Below, one piece after another: positions 39,054 through 47,746 of a DNA stretch of 64,000 bases. Source of the DNA: an uncultured Parachlamydiaceae bacterium (GTDB taxonomy: Bacteria; Chlamydiota; Chlamydiia; Chlamydiales; Parachlamydiaceae); assembly GCA_963838645.1 (NCBI GenBank), contig CAWIRV010000003.1, positions 58,578 through 122,577 of the forward strand. Reading direction: 5' to 3'. Both the position numbers and the translations under genes were made by a program. Position 1 is the first letter of the stretch; every line of letters begins with the position of its first letter. The notes beneath the pieces are model-generated. The model searched no databases. It saw only the letters and a program-made list of their open reading frames with translations, and was not told the origin of the DNA.

Positions 39054-39673
39054 AGAAATTCTCGCTTCAATAACTTTAGGTTGATTAAAAACACTTCATT
39101 TTTATCATTAATCTTCTTTTTTTCTAATTTGAACTCTGTAATGAGTAATTGAGGACGGTTGGGACCTGGAGTAAAAGCTCCAATCTTCACGTCCTCAATA
39201 CGAGCCAAAATTTTTTTTAAATCATAACTATTAGCTTCAACTGGGTGTACGAGTGTTTCAATCGTTTCTTGGAATAAAGGAAAAGATTGAACCACTCCCT
39301 CAGAAAAAACTAAACTATTTGCCTGACTCGTCAGAAACTCTAATCGTTTTTTAATTCTTTCGTCATCAGCAAAATTCTTATCATTGGTAATTTTTTGTAA
39401 CATTTCAATTTCAGGCTCTAAAAACACTAAGGTTTCTAAATATTTATCAATATAGAAATGGTCGGCATCACGGAAATGTTGGCATACTGCTAGGTTTTGA
39501 GCTTGTTTTTTCTCTTTTAAAAAAGCTTGATATTCAATGCTTAATAGAGTTTCCTGTAATTCTTCTAGATGCCTTTTTTGAGTATAAAGAAAGAATAAAA
39601 CAAAGCATAGAGGTAACAGGCTTAAGACAATTAAATAGAGGGTAATTCTGTGGATAGGGATTTGCTTAAGCAT
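39050..39673 (-). CDS. Bitopic membrane protein, possibly GspM/PilO-like
   Basis: A single N-terminal TM segment (ITLYLIVLSLLPLCFVLFFLY) followed by a coiled soluble domain. Sits directly downstream of the PilM/GspL-like gene and overlaps the next gene start. The call rests on position only. Confidence 0.3.
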   Translation of the reverse strand: MLKQIPIHRITLYLIVLSLLPLCFVLFFLYTQKRHLEELQETLLSIEYQAFLKEKKQAQNLAVCQHFRDADHFYIDKYLETLVFLEPEIEMLQKITNDKNFADDERIKKRLEFLTSQANSLVFSEGVVQSFPLFQETIETLVHPVEANSYDLKKILARIEDVKIGAFTPGPNRPQLLITEFKLEKKKINDKNEVFLINLKLLKREFL

Positions 39674-39676
39674 GAA

Positions 39677-41350
39677 TTATTGACTAGGGTAAGAGGTTTT
39701 GTCTTTCAAGTAAAAAGAGGTACGATATTTCCCTCGATTAGAGCTCCATTTGACTTCCCCCTTAGGATCAACTAAATCGTTAGGAGTAATTAAGGCATCA
39801 TGAAACTCTCTTGCCCACGTAGGCGTTGGACTACTAAATTCTAATTCTACTTTAACCTGATATTTCTCTTGTTTCTTTCCTTGATTAGGTCTTTTTAGCA
39901 TAGTATAAGTAAAATTTTCCAATTGCAAGCGTGATTCTAAATTGCCATTTTCATCCTTGCGCACAACATAAGGATGTTGGCTTAGCCAGGCCAATACATC
40001 GCTAACTAAGGGGATATTAGCAAAAAGGGGAAAGGAATCAGGCGTGGCTTGTAAATCTTTTTGCAGAAAGGCTAGGCGTTCTAAGAGGTCTTGTTGCTGT
40101 AGCTTAGAGACATTGATAATTTCTCCATTTGTTTTTTCGCGGGCAAAGGGATTTTTAGCCAAAAAAGTGGATTCAAAATTCTCATAGGATTTGCCCATAG
40201 AAGCAAGTAAATCAACATAGGCTTGCTTAAGTTCTTGCTCTTGATGAAGGAGATAGTGTTGCCCAAAAAAATATGAAGTGATAGTTAGAATTGTTACCAG
40301 AATAAAATAACAAATTAAAGGTATTGTTATCCGCCTCCAGGGATAAGGATGAGCAAACTCTTGTTGACGAAAGTTAACAGCCTTCTTTTTTGCCTTTGAA
40401 AGAGCTTCTAGAGCCAATCCAATCGAAATAGCATAACGTTGTTTATCTTGAGTGATTAATCCATCTGATGAATCGATACAAGTCAATAAGGGAATTGTTA
40501 ATTTTTCGACTAAAACTTGATCGAGACCAGGTAAAAGCAAGACCTCTCCGGTTAAAAGAATCCCCTCTAAAGGCTCTCCTTTAATCTCCTTAGAGAGAGC
40601 ATAGTGGAGTTTAATGAAAGCTCGTTGAAGTTGCTTCACAGTTTCTGTTAGATTAGGAAAGGAATCTGACGGTAAAGAGTTAAAATAAATATGCTGAAAA
40701 GGGATGTCAGCAAAGACTTTGTCCTTTTCATATGCTTGCCTAATTAAATCTAATCCCTCGGGATGGGTATAAGAGGCAAGCAATTGACCTTCTTTAACAA
40801 TAAGGCAGGTCATGAATTTTTCATTTAAATGTAAGAGGAGAAAAGGTTTATTGGTAAGAACATAATGCTCCCCAAAATGGCATAATGCCATTTGAATACA
40901 AGAGACAACATCCGGTTCTATTTTGATTTGATGCCAATAATCTAAATGCTTACTTATCAAGTCTTTGCGAACAGAAAGAAGAGTGATATCTGTTCCCTCA
41001 CTATCTTGGTGTAAAGTTTGATAGGCGAAAATAGCATTTTCAGCAGGATAAGGGAGAAGAGGCTCAGCTTGAAAAGCCAAGGCTGACTCCATATCTTTTT
41101 CTTTGACTAAAGGAAGGTGGAGAGGACGTATGAGGACATCGTACCCTTCTAAGCCAGTGATAATTAAAGAGCGATTCATGCTCAGTTGTTTAACATCAAT
41201 GGGATTTTCAACAGATCCTGTAAAGGCGAAAAGGCGATGGATAAAAGGTTTCTCCTTTCTAATAGAGACCTCAGCTCCTTTAACCTCAGATGAGGTGGGT
41301 TCAAGACCTATGGTTTTAGAGGACGTTAATAATTCTAACATGTCGCTCAT
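39677..41350 (-). CDS. PilM/GspL-like secretion or pilus assembly protein (actin-like cytoplasmic domain + TM + periplasmic domain)
   Basis: N-terminal IGLEPTSSEVKGAEVS resembles the PilM iGlDiG start. ALAFQAEPLLPYPAENAIFAY resembles the PilM ...eaeq.iPf..de... segment. A single TM lies at ~residue 345 (ITIPLICYFILVTILTITSYFFG). Confidence 0.45.
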   Translation of the reverse strand: MSDMLELLTSSKTIGLEPTSSEVKGAEVSIRKEKPFIHRLFAFTGSVENPIDVKQLSMNRSLIITGLEGYDVLIRPLHLPLVKEKDMESALAFQAEPLLPYPAENAIFAYQTLHQDSEGTDITLLSVRKDLISKHLDYWHQIKIEPDVVSCIQMALCHFGEHYVLTNKPFLLLHLNEKFMTCLIVKEGQLLASYTHPEGLDLIRQAYEKDKVFADIPFQHIYFNSLPSDSFPNLTETVKQLQRAFIKLHYALSKEIKGEPLEGILLTGEVLLLPGLDQVLVEKLTIPLLTCIDSSDGLITQDKQRYAISIGLALEALSKAKKKAVNFRQQEFAHPYPWRRITIPLICYFILVTILTITSYFFGQHYLLHQEQELKQAYVDLLASMGKSYENFESTFLAKNPFAREKTNGEIINVSKLQQQDLLERLAFLQKDLQATPDSFPLFANIPLVSDVLAWLSQHPYVVRKDENGNLESRLQLENFTYTMLKRPNQGKKQEKYQVKVELEFSSPTPTWAREFHDALITPNDLVDPKGEVKWSSNRGKYRTSFYLKDKTSYPSQ

Positions 41351-41633
41351 CCTAATTTCTTAGCAACTTTATAACAAGATTTTAAGATAAATTTTATATT
41401 ATTTCAACAAGACTTCAGAGTATGCTCTTCGTTAAGGAAATTTTTAATAAACGTGAGGTAGGAAATTCAGGAGATTAAATTTCTATGTTTTCCTCAAACC
41501 CCTATTTATTAAAAAGTTTTGTTAAATCAATCAAAGTGAGAATTTAAGCAATACGAAAACTCTCACGATTCAACGATCAATAATGGGGTCTATAACAGGC
41601 CTTAAATGGCGGTCTCCTCACCGTATCTCTCTA

Positions 41634-41794
41634 AGAGACTGTCTACGAATTTAAAATTTTGATTAAAAGTCCTTTTTGCGCCACTTCTTTAATAAAAGCT
41701 TGAAAATATTATCAAATATTTCCGGCGCTTTTATTAAAGAATTTGCATCAAAAATGCCTCTTTTAATCAAGATTTTAAATCGTAGACAGTCTCT
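41634..41794. repeat. Palindromic repeat family R3 (AGAGACTGTCTACGAATTTAAAAT... ends)
   Basis: 161-bp element. Related copies at 42853-43014 and 46429-46590, with a partial at 45706-45734. Flanked by CTAAG/CTAAA. Confidence 0.85.
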
Positions 41795-42034
41795 AAAGAG
41801 GTAGCTATATTAAAAACTAGAATATTCTATTTTTTTCTTATACTATCCCAAAAGATTTGCAAGTAATATAAAAAAAAGTTTAAAATTGATAAAGAGTCTA
41901 TGCTGAATATACTTTAACTAGTCTAGTTCTTTGAATGCTTGAAGAATAATTAAATTAAATATAAATTAATAATTTTTATTATTATTTATAAATATTAATA
42001 ATTTATAATGAAATCATTTAACTATAGAGGTTTT

Positions 42035-42253
42035 ATGAAATATATGTCATCTAAAGAATTAAAATCTATTAGAGCTGGTGCTGAATATTATGCTGAAAAT
42101 TTTGGTGATGTAATGACAGCATATCAACAGCATGCACCTAATGGTACATGGGCAGATACGATTCAGACTTATCATGATCAAGGCAATAATGTTGGTCAAG
42201 CTATTAGCTCCTACGCTCGAAATCCAGAGACTATACGTATTATCATAGAATAA
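42035..42253 (+). CDS. Small protein (72 aa) with a double-glycine-leader-like N-terminus, paralog of 45990-46196
   Basis: MKYMSSKELKSIRAGA... resembles the LSxxELxxIxGG leader pattern. RBS AGAGG 5 nt upstream. Conserved core HDQGNNVG. The upstream and downstream flanks are also duplicated. Confidence 0.55.
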   Translation: MKYMSSKELKSIRAGAEYYAENFGDVMTAYQQHAPNGTWADTIQTYHDQGNNVGQAISSYARNPETIRIIIE

Positions 42254-42323
42254 GGACACAAATAGCTAAAACCGGATCCGGTCAATCTTAATTTGAATAG
42301 CCAACAAATACTTTTTTAAGTAA

Positions 42324-42352
42324 CCTGATTAAGGCACAATGCCTTAATCAGG
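42324..42352 (+). terminator. Hairpin downstream of the small-peptide gene
   Basis: CCTGATTAAGGC-ACAAT-GCCTTAATCAGG is a perfect 12-bp stem. There is no clear T-run, so termination activity is uncertain. Confidence 0.35.
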
Positions 42353-42514
42353 AGTTGATTTGTCTGTTTGGTAGCATGTATCTATCTTGTTAAGGAAATA
42401 ACATATTCAATTTGCATTCAATAAGATAGAGAGCTATAAGCTGCTACCGTTTAGCTAAGCTAAAATTCTCATATGGCTGCAATATGAGAATTTTGCTATA
42501 TTCATTCTATCTGT

Positions 42515-42853
42515 TTGATGCTAGGCCTATTTTGCCTTGTAATGTCTTTTTTATCGTCATTAAACATTTTTGGTCACTTAAGTTATCTTATGCTGTTTTT
42601 TTCTCAATTGATCCATTTTATTTTTCAAATTTATAGTTTAATGATTTTTATTCGAATTATAGCTTCTTGGGTTCCCCAATTTAGTCACTATTGGATTATG
42701 AGATTTATTGCTTACTACACTGATCCTTATCTGAATTTGTTTCGTCGTTTTATTCCCCCGATAGGGATGTTTGATTTCAGTCCTATTATTGCTATTTTAT
42801 GCTTAAGCTTTGTTCAAGATCTCATTTTTAGTTTTCTAAGATTAATCATCTAA
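42515..42853 (+). CDS. yggT: YggT-family membrane protein
   Basis: IFIRIIASWVP...YYTDPYLNLFRRFIPPIGMFDFSPIIAIL matches the YggT signature. The true start is probably an internal Met. Confidence 0.75.
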   Translation: MMLGLFCLVMSFLSSLNIFGHLSYLMLFFSQLIHFIFQIYSLMIFIRIIASWVPQFSHYWIMRFIAYYTDPYLNLFRRFIPPIGMFDFSPIIAILCLSFVQDLIFSFLRLII

Positions 42854-43014
42854 GAGCCTGTCTACGATTTAAAATCTTGATTAAAAGAGGCATTTTTGAT
42901 GCAAATTCTTTAATAAAAGCGCCGGAAATATTTGATAATATTTTCAAGCTTTTATTAAAGAAGTGGCGCAAAAAGGACCTTTTAATCAAAATTTTAAATT
43001 CGTAGACAGGCTCT
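42853..43014. repeat. Palindromic repeat family R3 (inverted orientation)
   Basis: Starts at the last base of the yggT stop codon. Flanked by CTAAG on both sides. Confidence 0.85.
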
Positions 43015-43138
43015 AAGTATCTTTAGAAAAAAGCATAGACAAAATTAATTGAGGACCAAGAAGCCAAGCCTGAGATGCAGAGGTCTATTGGACTTAATAA
43101 AGATTTATGCTAAATAAGACTTAAAAGAGGAAAATCTC

Positions 43139-43435
43139 ATGGAACAGCATCCTGTTCATGTTTTGTGCGAAATGCATGCTCTTATAAGAGGGGAGGTTCA
43201 AGGGGTAGGGTTTCGAGCCACAACCCAGTATTATGCGATGAGGTTGGGTCTTAAGGGGACAGTGCGCAATCTTCCAAACGGAAATGTGGAAATTTATGCA
43301 CAAGGGTCTAAGCAACAGCTTCAGGAGCTTATCCGAAAATTGAAAGAGGAATTTGGATCTAGACAAATTGAAGAGGCTACGGTTGAATATCTTTCTATGA
43401 AAAATCCTTACCGAGACTTTCAGATTATTCATTAA
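43139..43435 (+). CDS. acyP: Acylphosphatase
   Basis: Signature [12 protein letters not shown] and [17 protein letters not shown]. 98 aa. Confidence 0.85.
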   Translation: MEQHPVHVLCEMHALIRGEVQGVGFRATTQYYAMRLGLKGTVRNLPNGNVEIYAQGSKQQLQELIRKLKEEFGSRQIEEATVEYLSMKNPYRDFQIIH

Positions 43436-43518
43436 AGCTCTCGTTTGTCTGAGTTGATAGCCTTACAAGAAAGAGGAGTTATACACAAATAAAAGGATAT
43501 CTTAAAGAAGAGAGACAT

Positions 43519-44265
43519 ATGCCAGAACCTACTTTAACCTCTCGTTTAGCTATAAGGGATTATCCTAAAAATATTTCTCCTTTAATGGAGCAAAAATGGC
43601 GTCGTCTCTTATTTTTGCATTGGGAATGTGATCCTCATATGATTCAAAAGAGTCTTCCAAAAGGATTGCATGTAGATCTATTTCGTGGAAAAGCTTATGT
43701 AGCTATTGTTCCCTTTTTTATACATGATGTACGTCCTAAATTCGGACCCTCTTTGCCTGGTTTTTCTAATTTGATGGAGATGAATTTGCGTACTTATGTC
43801 TATGATGAAACGGGAATTCCTGGAGTTTGGTTTTACTCTTTAGATATTAATAGTCGGTTAGCCGTTCAAATGGCAAGAACTTTTTTTTATTTACCTTACT
43901 TCTATGCTGACATGAAATCTTATTCAACAGATGAGCAAGAAACCGTTTATCGTTGTCAGCGCCATGAAATCTCATCTATATCAGAGTTTATTTATCAAGG
44001 GAATCAGAACCAGATTAAGGTTGAACCTGAATCCTTAGAATTTTTTCTAATTGAGCGTTACGTTCTATTTTCTGATAAAGGAGATCATCAGCTTGTGGCA
44101 GGAAGAGTTCACCATGCTCCTTATCCGCTTTATAGTGCTAAATTATCAAAGTGGGATGATCTGGTATTTGAATGGGATGGTTTAGTAAGGCCAGGAAGGC
44201 CGCCTGAGCACATTTGTTTTTCATCCGGTGTTGATGTAGAGATTTTCCCTTTGAGAGAGGTTTAA
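43519..44265 (+). CDS. DUF2071 (YqjF-like) family protein
   Basis: WRRLLFLHWECDP, GKAYVAIVPFF, FSNLMEMNLRTYV and GIPGVWFYSLD follow the pattern I associate with DUF2071. Confidence 0.65.
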   Translation: MPEPTLTSRLAIRDYPKNISPLMEQKWRRLLFLHWECDPHMIQKSLPKGLHVDLFRGKAYVAIVPFFIHDVRPKFGPSLPGFSNLMEMNLRTYVYDETGIPGVWFYSLDINSRLAVQMARTFFYLPYFYADMKSYSTDEQETVYRCQRHEISSISEFIYQGNQNQIKVEPESLEFFLIERYVLFSDKGDHQLVAGRVHHAPYPLYSAKLSKWDDLVFEWDGLVRPGRPPEHICFSSGVDVEIFPLREV

Positions 44266-44371
44266 GTCTGTAAAAACTGATTAGGTTTAAAATTGGGAGT
44301 TTTTATGAATTATAAGAAGACCTAGTGCTTCGTCACATTAATATTTAATCTTCAATTTTAAGGAGGTTAGA

Positions 44372-44635
44372 ATGGCTAATTATCAACAACAGCAACAACA
44401 ACAGCAAAAACAACAGCTGCAAGAGCCCACAACATGGCCTGATTTTGCGGCTAGCTTATATGATAGATTGACAGGCCGAGGGGCCCAAATTACTTATGAG
44501 TTTGAGGATTTTGATCTATTTATTCCTACTAAAGTGGGTCCACAGCCAACTCATGCGCATTGGAAAATGCGTGGAACCATTAATATTCGAACAACTGATC
44601 CTATCCATCAACAGCCAGGAACAGGGTCTAGCTAA
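44372..44635 (+). CDS. Hypothetical protein with an N-terminal poly-Gln tract
   Basis: RBS AAGGAGG. MANYQQQQQQQQKQQLQ is encoded by a CAA/CAG run. No known motif. Confidence 0.5.
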   Translation: MANYQQQQQQQQKQQLQEPTTWPDFAASLYDRLTGRGAQITYEFEDFDLFIPTKVGPQPTHAHWKMRGTINIRTTDPIHQQPGTGSS

Positions 44636-44638
44636 AAT

Positions 44639-45007
44639 ATGGATAAGCAGATAGAGGTAACAGGATATCTAGACTTGAAAATAGATGGATGGCCTGCTAA
44701 TTTAGAAATAAGAGACAATTATCTACACGTTTATTTTTCTTCATTTTCGGCTTTAAGAAGATTTGATTATTCTTTTCGCTTTGGAGTGCTGAGGAGCTTG
44801 TCTCCTCAGCATCCCTTTTTGGATTGGATGCATCGTCTCACTATTTATTACTATGTTTCCGATTATTTAATAGGAGAAATGGGACCTCAAGTAAAAACAA
44901 ATTGGTGGAGCCGCTACGTGGGGCTAAGAACGATCAGAATCAATATAAAAATGTTGTTAAAAGCTTTAGCAAGTCAATTTTTAAAAGCCTTTAAAATGCA
45001 TCAATAG
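44639..45007 (+). CDS. Hypothetical protein, apparently co-transcribed with 44372-44635
   Basis: Starts 3 nt after the upstream stop. No known motif. Confidence 0.45.
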   Translation: MDKQIEVTGYLDLKIDGWPANLEIRDNYLHVYFSSFSALRRFDYSFRFGVLRSLSPQHPFLDWMHRLTIYYYVSDYLIGEMGPQVKTNWWSRYVGLRTIRINIKMLLKALASQFLKAFKMHQ

Positions 45008-45254
45008 GAGATGCTATTTATCCTATTTGCTCGGGTAGATTCTGTCGCTCTCAAGCATTATGGGCAATTTTACAGCCTTTTTCAGATCAAATTGTTTTGT
45101 TTCCTCCGGCATGCAGCACGTGTCGGTTGGGACCCCTACAATGGACAAATCAATAGATATCGAAATGAGGCTTAAGAATCGTCTTAACCAGACTAATAAA
45201 AGTTTAAGCAGTGGCTTCTTCATGCCTCCATAGAAGGCTTCTTAACCATTTTAT

Positions 45255-45420
45255 TAACTCACCTTACGCAAAAAGAGTGGCATTTGGACTGAAGTGAAAG
45301 TTCCCATGGTTCAATGCTCGTCAGTCACCCTATATTTCCTTATATAGGGTGACTGACGAGCATTGAACCATGGGGCTTTGGCTCAGTCGAAATATCACTC
45401 TTTTTGCGTAAGGTGAGTTA
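45255..45420. repeat. Palindromic repeat family R2, long form
   Basis: TAACTCACCTTACGCAAAAAGAGTGGCATTTGGACTG...GTGACTGACGAGCAT...TTTTTGCGTAAGGTGAGTTA. Confidence 0.85.
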
Positions 45421-45424
45421 TTAA

Positions 45425-45660
45425 GATATTATTTTTCAAATCTTCCCCGATCACGCCATCTCAAAAATAGACGGATCTACATGCTGGAAAATCATGAGAT
45501 AAATCTATTCATCTACAATCTGTTCTAAGAACATAAAAAACTGCATTAAGCATCTCTCGCCTAGAATATTTATAGCGCGTACCTGCGCTACAATAAATCC
45601 CTTCCTTTAGCAAAGGTTCAATCTGATTCCAGTCTTTATCTGTTAAGTCGTCTGGGTCAG
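45425..45660 (-). pseudogene. IS5-family transposase N-terminal remnant
   Basis: The minus-strand translation LTDKDWNQIEPLLKEG...RREMLNAVFYVLRTDCR-stop-...FPACRSVYF matches the LTDxxWxxIxPLLP...LNAIxYVLRTGCxWRxLP...VY pattern. It contains stops and has no DDE core. Confidence 0.55.
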
Positions 45661-45989
45661 ACCTTTCTATTCATAGCTTCTCCTTGATTAAGGAGGAAAA
45701 TTATAGATTAAATTTTAAATTCGTAGACAGTCTCTAAGGGTGACTAGGAAATTTACGTGATTAAATTTTTATATTTTCTTGAAGCACTATCATTAAAAAG
45801 CTATTGTATATAATATAAAAATTATTTAAAATTAATGAAGGCGTGTTTGGTAAACAAACACTTATCTGTTTAGTTTTTTGAATGTTTGCAAAATAATTAA
45901 ATTAAATATAAATTGATTTATTTTTATTATTAATAAATAAATATTATAATTTAATTTTCAAGAATTACTTAAATATAAAAGGTTTTTTT

Positions 45990-46196
45990 ATGAAAGCTAT
46001 ATCATGTGCAGAATTAAAATCTATTAGAGCCGGCGCCCAAAATTTTGGTGAGGCAGTGTCAGCAATCCAACATGGACTTCCTGATCACACATGGTCAGAT
46101 ATGATTCACGCTTTTCATGATCAAGGCAATAATGTTGGCAAAGATATTAGTTATTATGCTAGAAATGCATCGGAATTAGTTATTATCGTAGAGTAA
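45990..46196 (+). CDS. Small protein (68 aa) with a double-glycine-leader-like N-terminus, paralog of 42035-42253
   Basis: MKAISCAELKSIRAGAQNFGE..., shared HDQGNNVG and a C-terminal IIVE/IIIE. The AT-rich upstream block TTTGAATG.TTG.A.AATAATTAAATTAAATATAAATT is shared with the paralog. Confidence 0.55.
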   Translation: MKAISCAELKSIRAGAQNFGEAVSAIQHGLPDHTWSDMIHAFHDQGNNVGKDISYYARNASELVIIVE

Positions 46197-46274
46197 GGGC
46201 AATGATACAAATAGCTAAAACCAAATCCCAGAAATTTTGGATTTGAATAGCTATATCTTTTCTTAATTAACTCG

Positions 46275-46318
46275 ATTAAGGCGTTGTTTAATAGGCTATT
46301 TTTAAACAACGCCTTAAT
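46275..46318 (+). terminator. Hairpin downstream of the second small-peptide gene
   Basis: ATTAAGGCGTTGTTTA...TAAACAACGCCTTAAT is a 16-bp stem around a 12-nt loop. Confidence 0.35.
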
Positions 46319-46640
46319 AACCTGAGTTTATTTCCTTGATTCTTAGGAGTCTTTCCTCTTATCTCTCGTTCTTTTCTTCTCGGAAATAGCCATTTGACTA
46401 TTCCCTTCAAAGAAAAGGACAAGATCTAAGAGACTGTCTACGAATTTAAAATTTTGATTAAAAGGTCCTTTTTGCGCCACTTCTTTAATAAAAGCTTGAA
46501 AATATTATCAAATATTTCCGGCGCTTTTATTAAAGAATTTGCATCAAAAATGCCTCTTTTAATCAAGATTTTAAATCGTAGACAGTCTCTAAGAGAAAAT
46601 CTTCTCTAATAATCAAGGAATAAACTCAAAACTCAGGTTA
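46318..46640. repeat. Repeat family R4 (long form) carrying a nested R3 element at 46429-46590
   Basis: The R4 ends TAACCTGAGTTTATTTCC... and ...GGAATAAACTCAAAACTCAGGTTA are intact. R3 is inserted with a CTAAG duplication at a site that is uninterrupted in the R4 copies at 6299 and 60090. Confidence 0.85.
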
Positions 46641-47660
46641 ACGTCAGTTCGATTTTAAAATCTAGATTTTAGCAAACAAAGAGGCTTGAAAAAAAGCTTC
46701 CTCGTTGGTTAATGTTTGTTTTCCACAACAAGCTTACAACCAAAAGGAAGCAAAAAATGATTAATTTGACCGAGCTATTTTGCAATATAGATGATTTTTG
46801 GAAAAATTTCGAGAAATTATGGAGCGAAAGATTACTTGCTGAAAACAAACGAGAGCCAAAAAGAGAGCCGTGCCTCTGCCCTAGTGAAGTCATGACGTTG
46901 ATTATTTTATTTCATATAATCGGCTATAGGAATTTTAAGACTTTTTATAACAGCCACGTAATTAACTATTTGAAAAGAGAATTTCCAAATCTTCCAAGCT
47001 ATAATCGATTTGTGGAATTGAAAAGTCAACTGGTCTTTCCTCTGCATTGTTATTTGATGACACGTCTAGGAAGTTGCAGCGGCATTTCATTTGTCGATTC
47101 AGCGTCTTTGGAAGTTAGCCACCCAAAGCGTGTCCACAGCCACAAAGTATTCAAAGGGATTGCCAAATGGGGAAAGACCTCTGTTGGTTACTTTTATGGC
47201 TTTAAGCTGCATATCGTAGTGAATGATGCAGGAGAGCTTTTAGCTTATATGATCACTGCTGGCAATATTGATGATAGAAAACCTGTTCCAGGGCTCGTAC
47301 AAAAGGTCTTTGGCAAGGTTTTTGGCGACAAAGGGTACATATCCTCAGATTTATTTGATAGGCTTATGCAACAAGGGGTGCAGCTGATCACCAAAATAAA
47401 ATCAAATATGAAAAATAAGCTGATGCCACTGATAGACAAGCTGATGCTTCGTAAAAGGGGAATCGTCGAAACCATTATTGATCAGCTGAAAAACATTTCA
47501 CAAATCGAGCATTCCAGGCATAGAAGTCCGACCAACTTTTTAGTCAACTTGTTGTCGGGATTAATTGCTTACACCCTTCGTCCTAAAAAGCCATCTCTAA
47601 ATTTGCGCGAAAATGAGCTTAAAGTACTGATGACGAGCTAATTGAAAATCGAACTGACGT
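46641..47660 (+). mobile_element. IS982-family insertion sequence, copy 2, with 7-bp target duplication
   Basis: Inverted repeats ACGTCAGTTCGATTTT. Flanked by the direct repeat CAGGTTA, which is the terminus of the R4 repeat. Confidence 0.9.
46757..47641 (+). CDS. IS982-family DDE transposase
   Basis: Protein identical to 1847-2731. Confidence 0.88.
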   Translation: MINLTELFCNIDDFWKNFEKLWSERLLAENKREPKREPCLCPSEVMTLIILFHIIGYRNFKTFYNSHVINYLKREFPNLPSYNRFVELKSQLVFPLHCYLMTRLGSCSGISFVDSASLEVSHPKRVHSHKVFKGIAKWGKTSVGYFYGFKLHIVVNDAGELLAYMITAGNIDDRKPVPGLVQKVFGKVFGDKGYISSDLFDRLMQQGVQLITKIKSNMKNKLMPLIDKLMLRKRGIVETIIDQLKNISQIEHSRHRSPTNFLVNLLSGLIAYTLRPKKPSLNLRENELKVLMTS

Positions 47661-47746
47661 CAGGTTAATAGGAAGTTAATTTACTAGAAGAGAAAATATT
47701 TTACAAACTAAGAAAAAATAAACCAAAATTCATGATAAGTGAGAAG

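Noticed and set aside
45023-45223. 66-aa minus-strand ORF after 44639-45007, and ORF 51266-51475
   Set aside because: They have no RBS and no motif, lie in intergenic DNA adjacent to repeats, and fall within the length range expected by chance in this composition.
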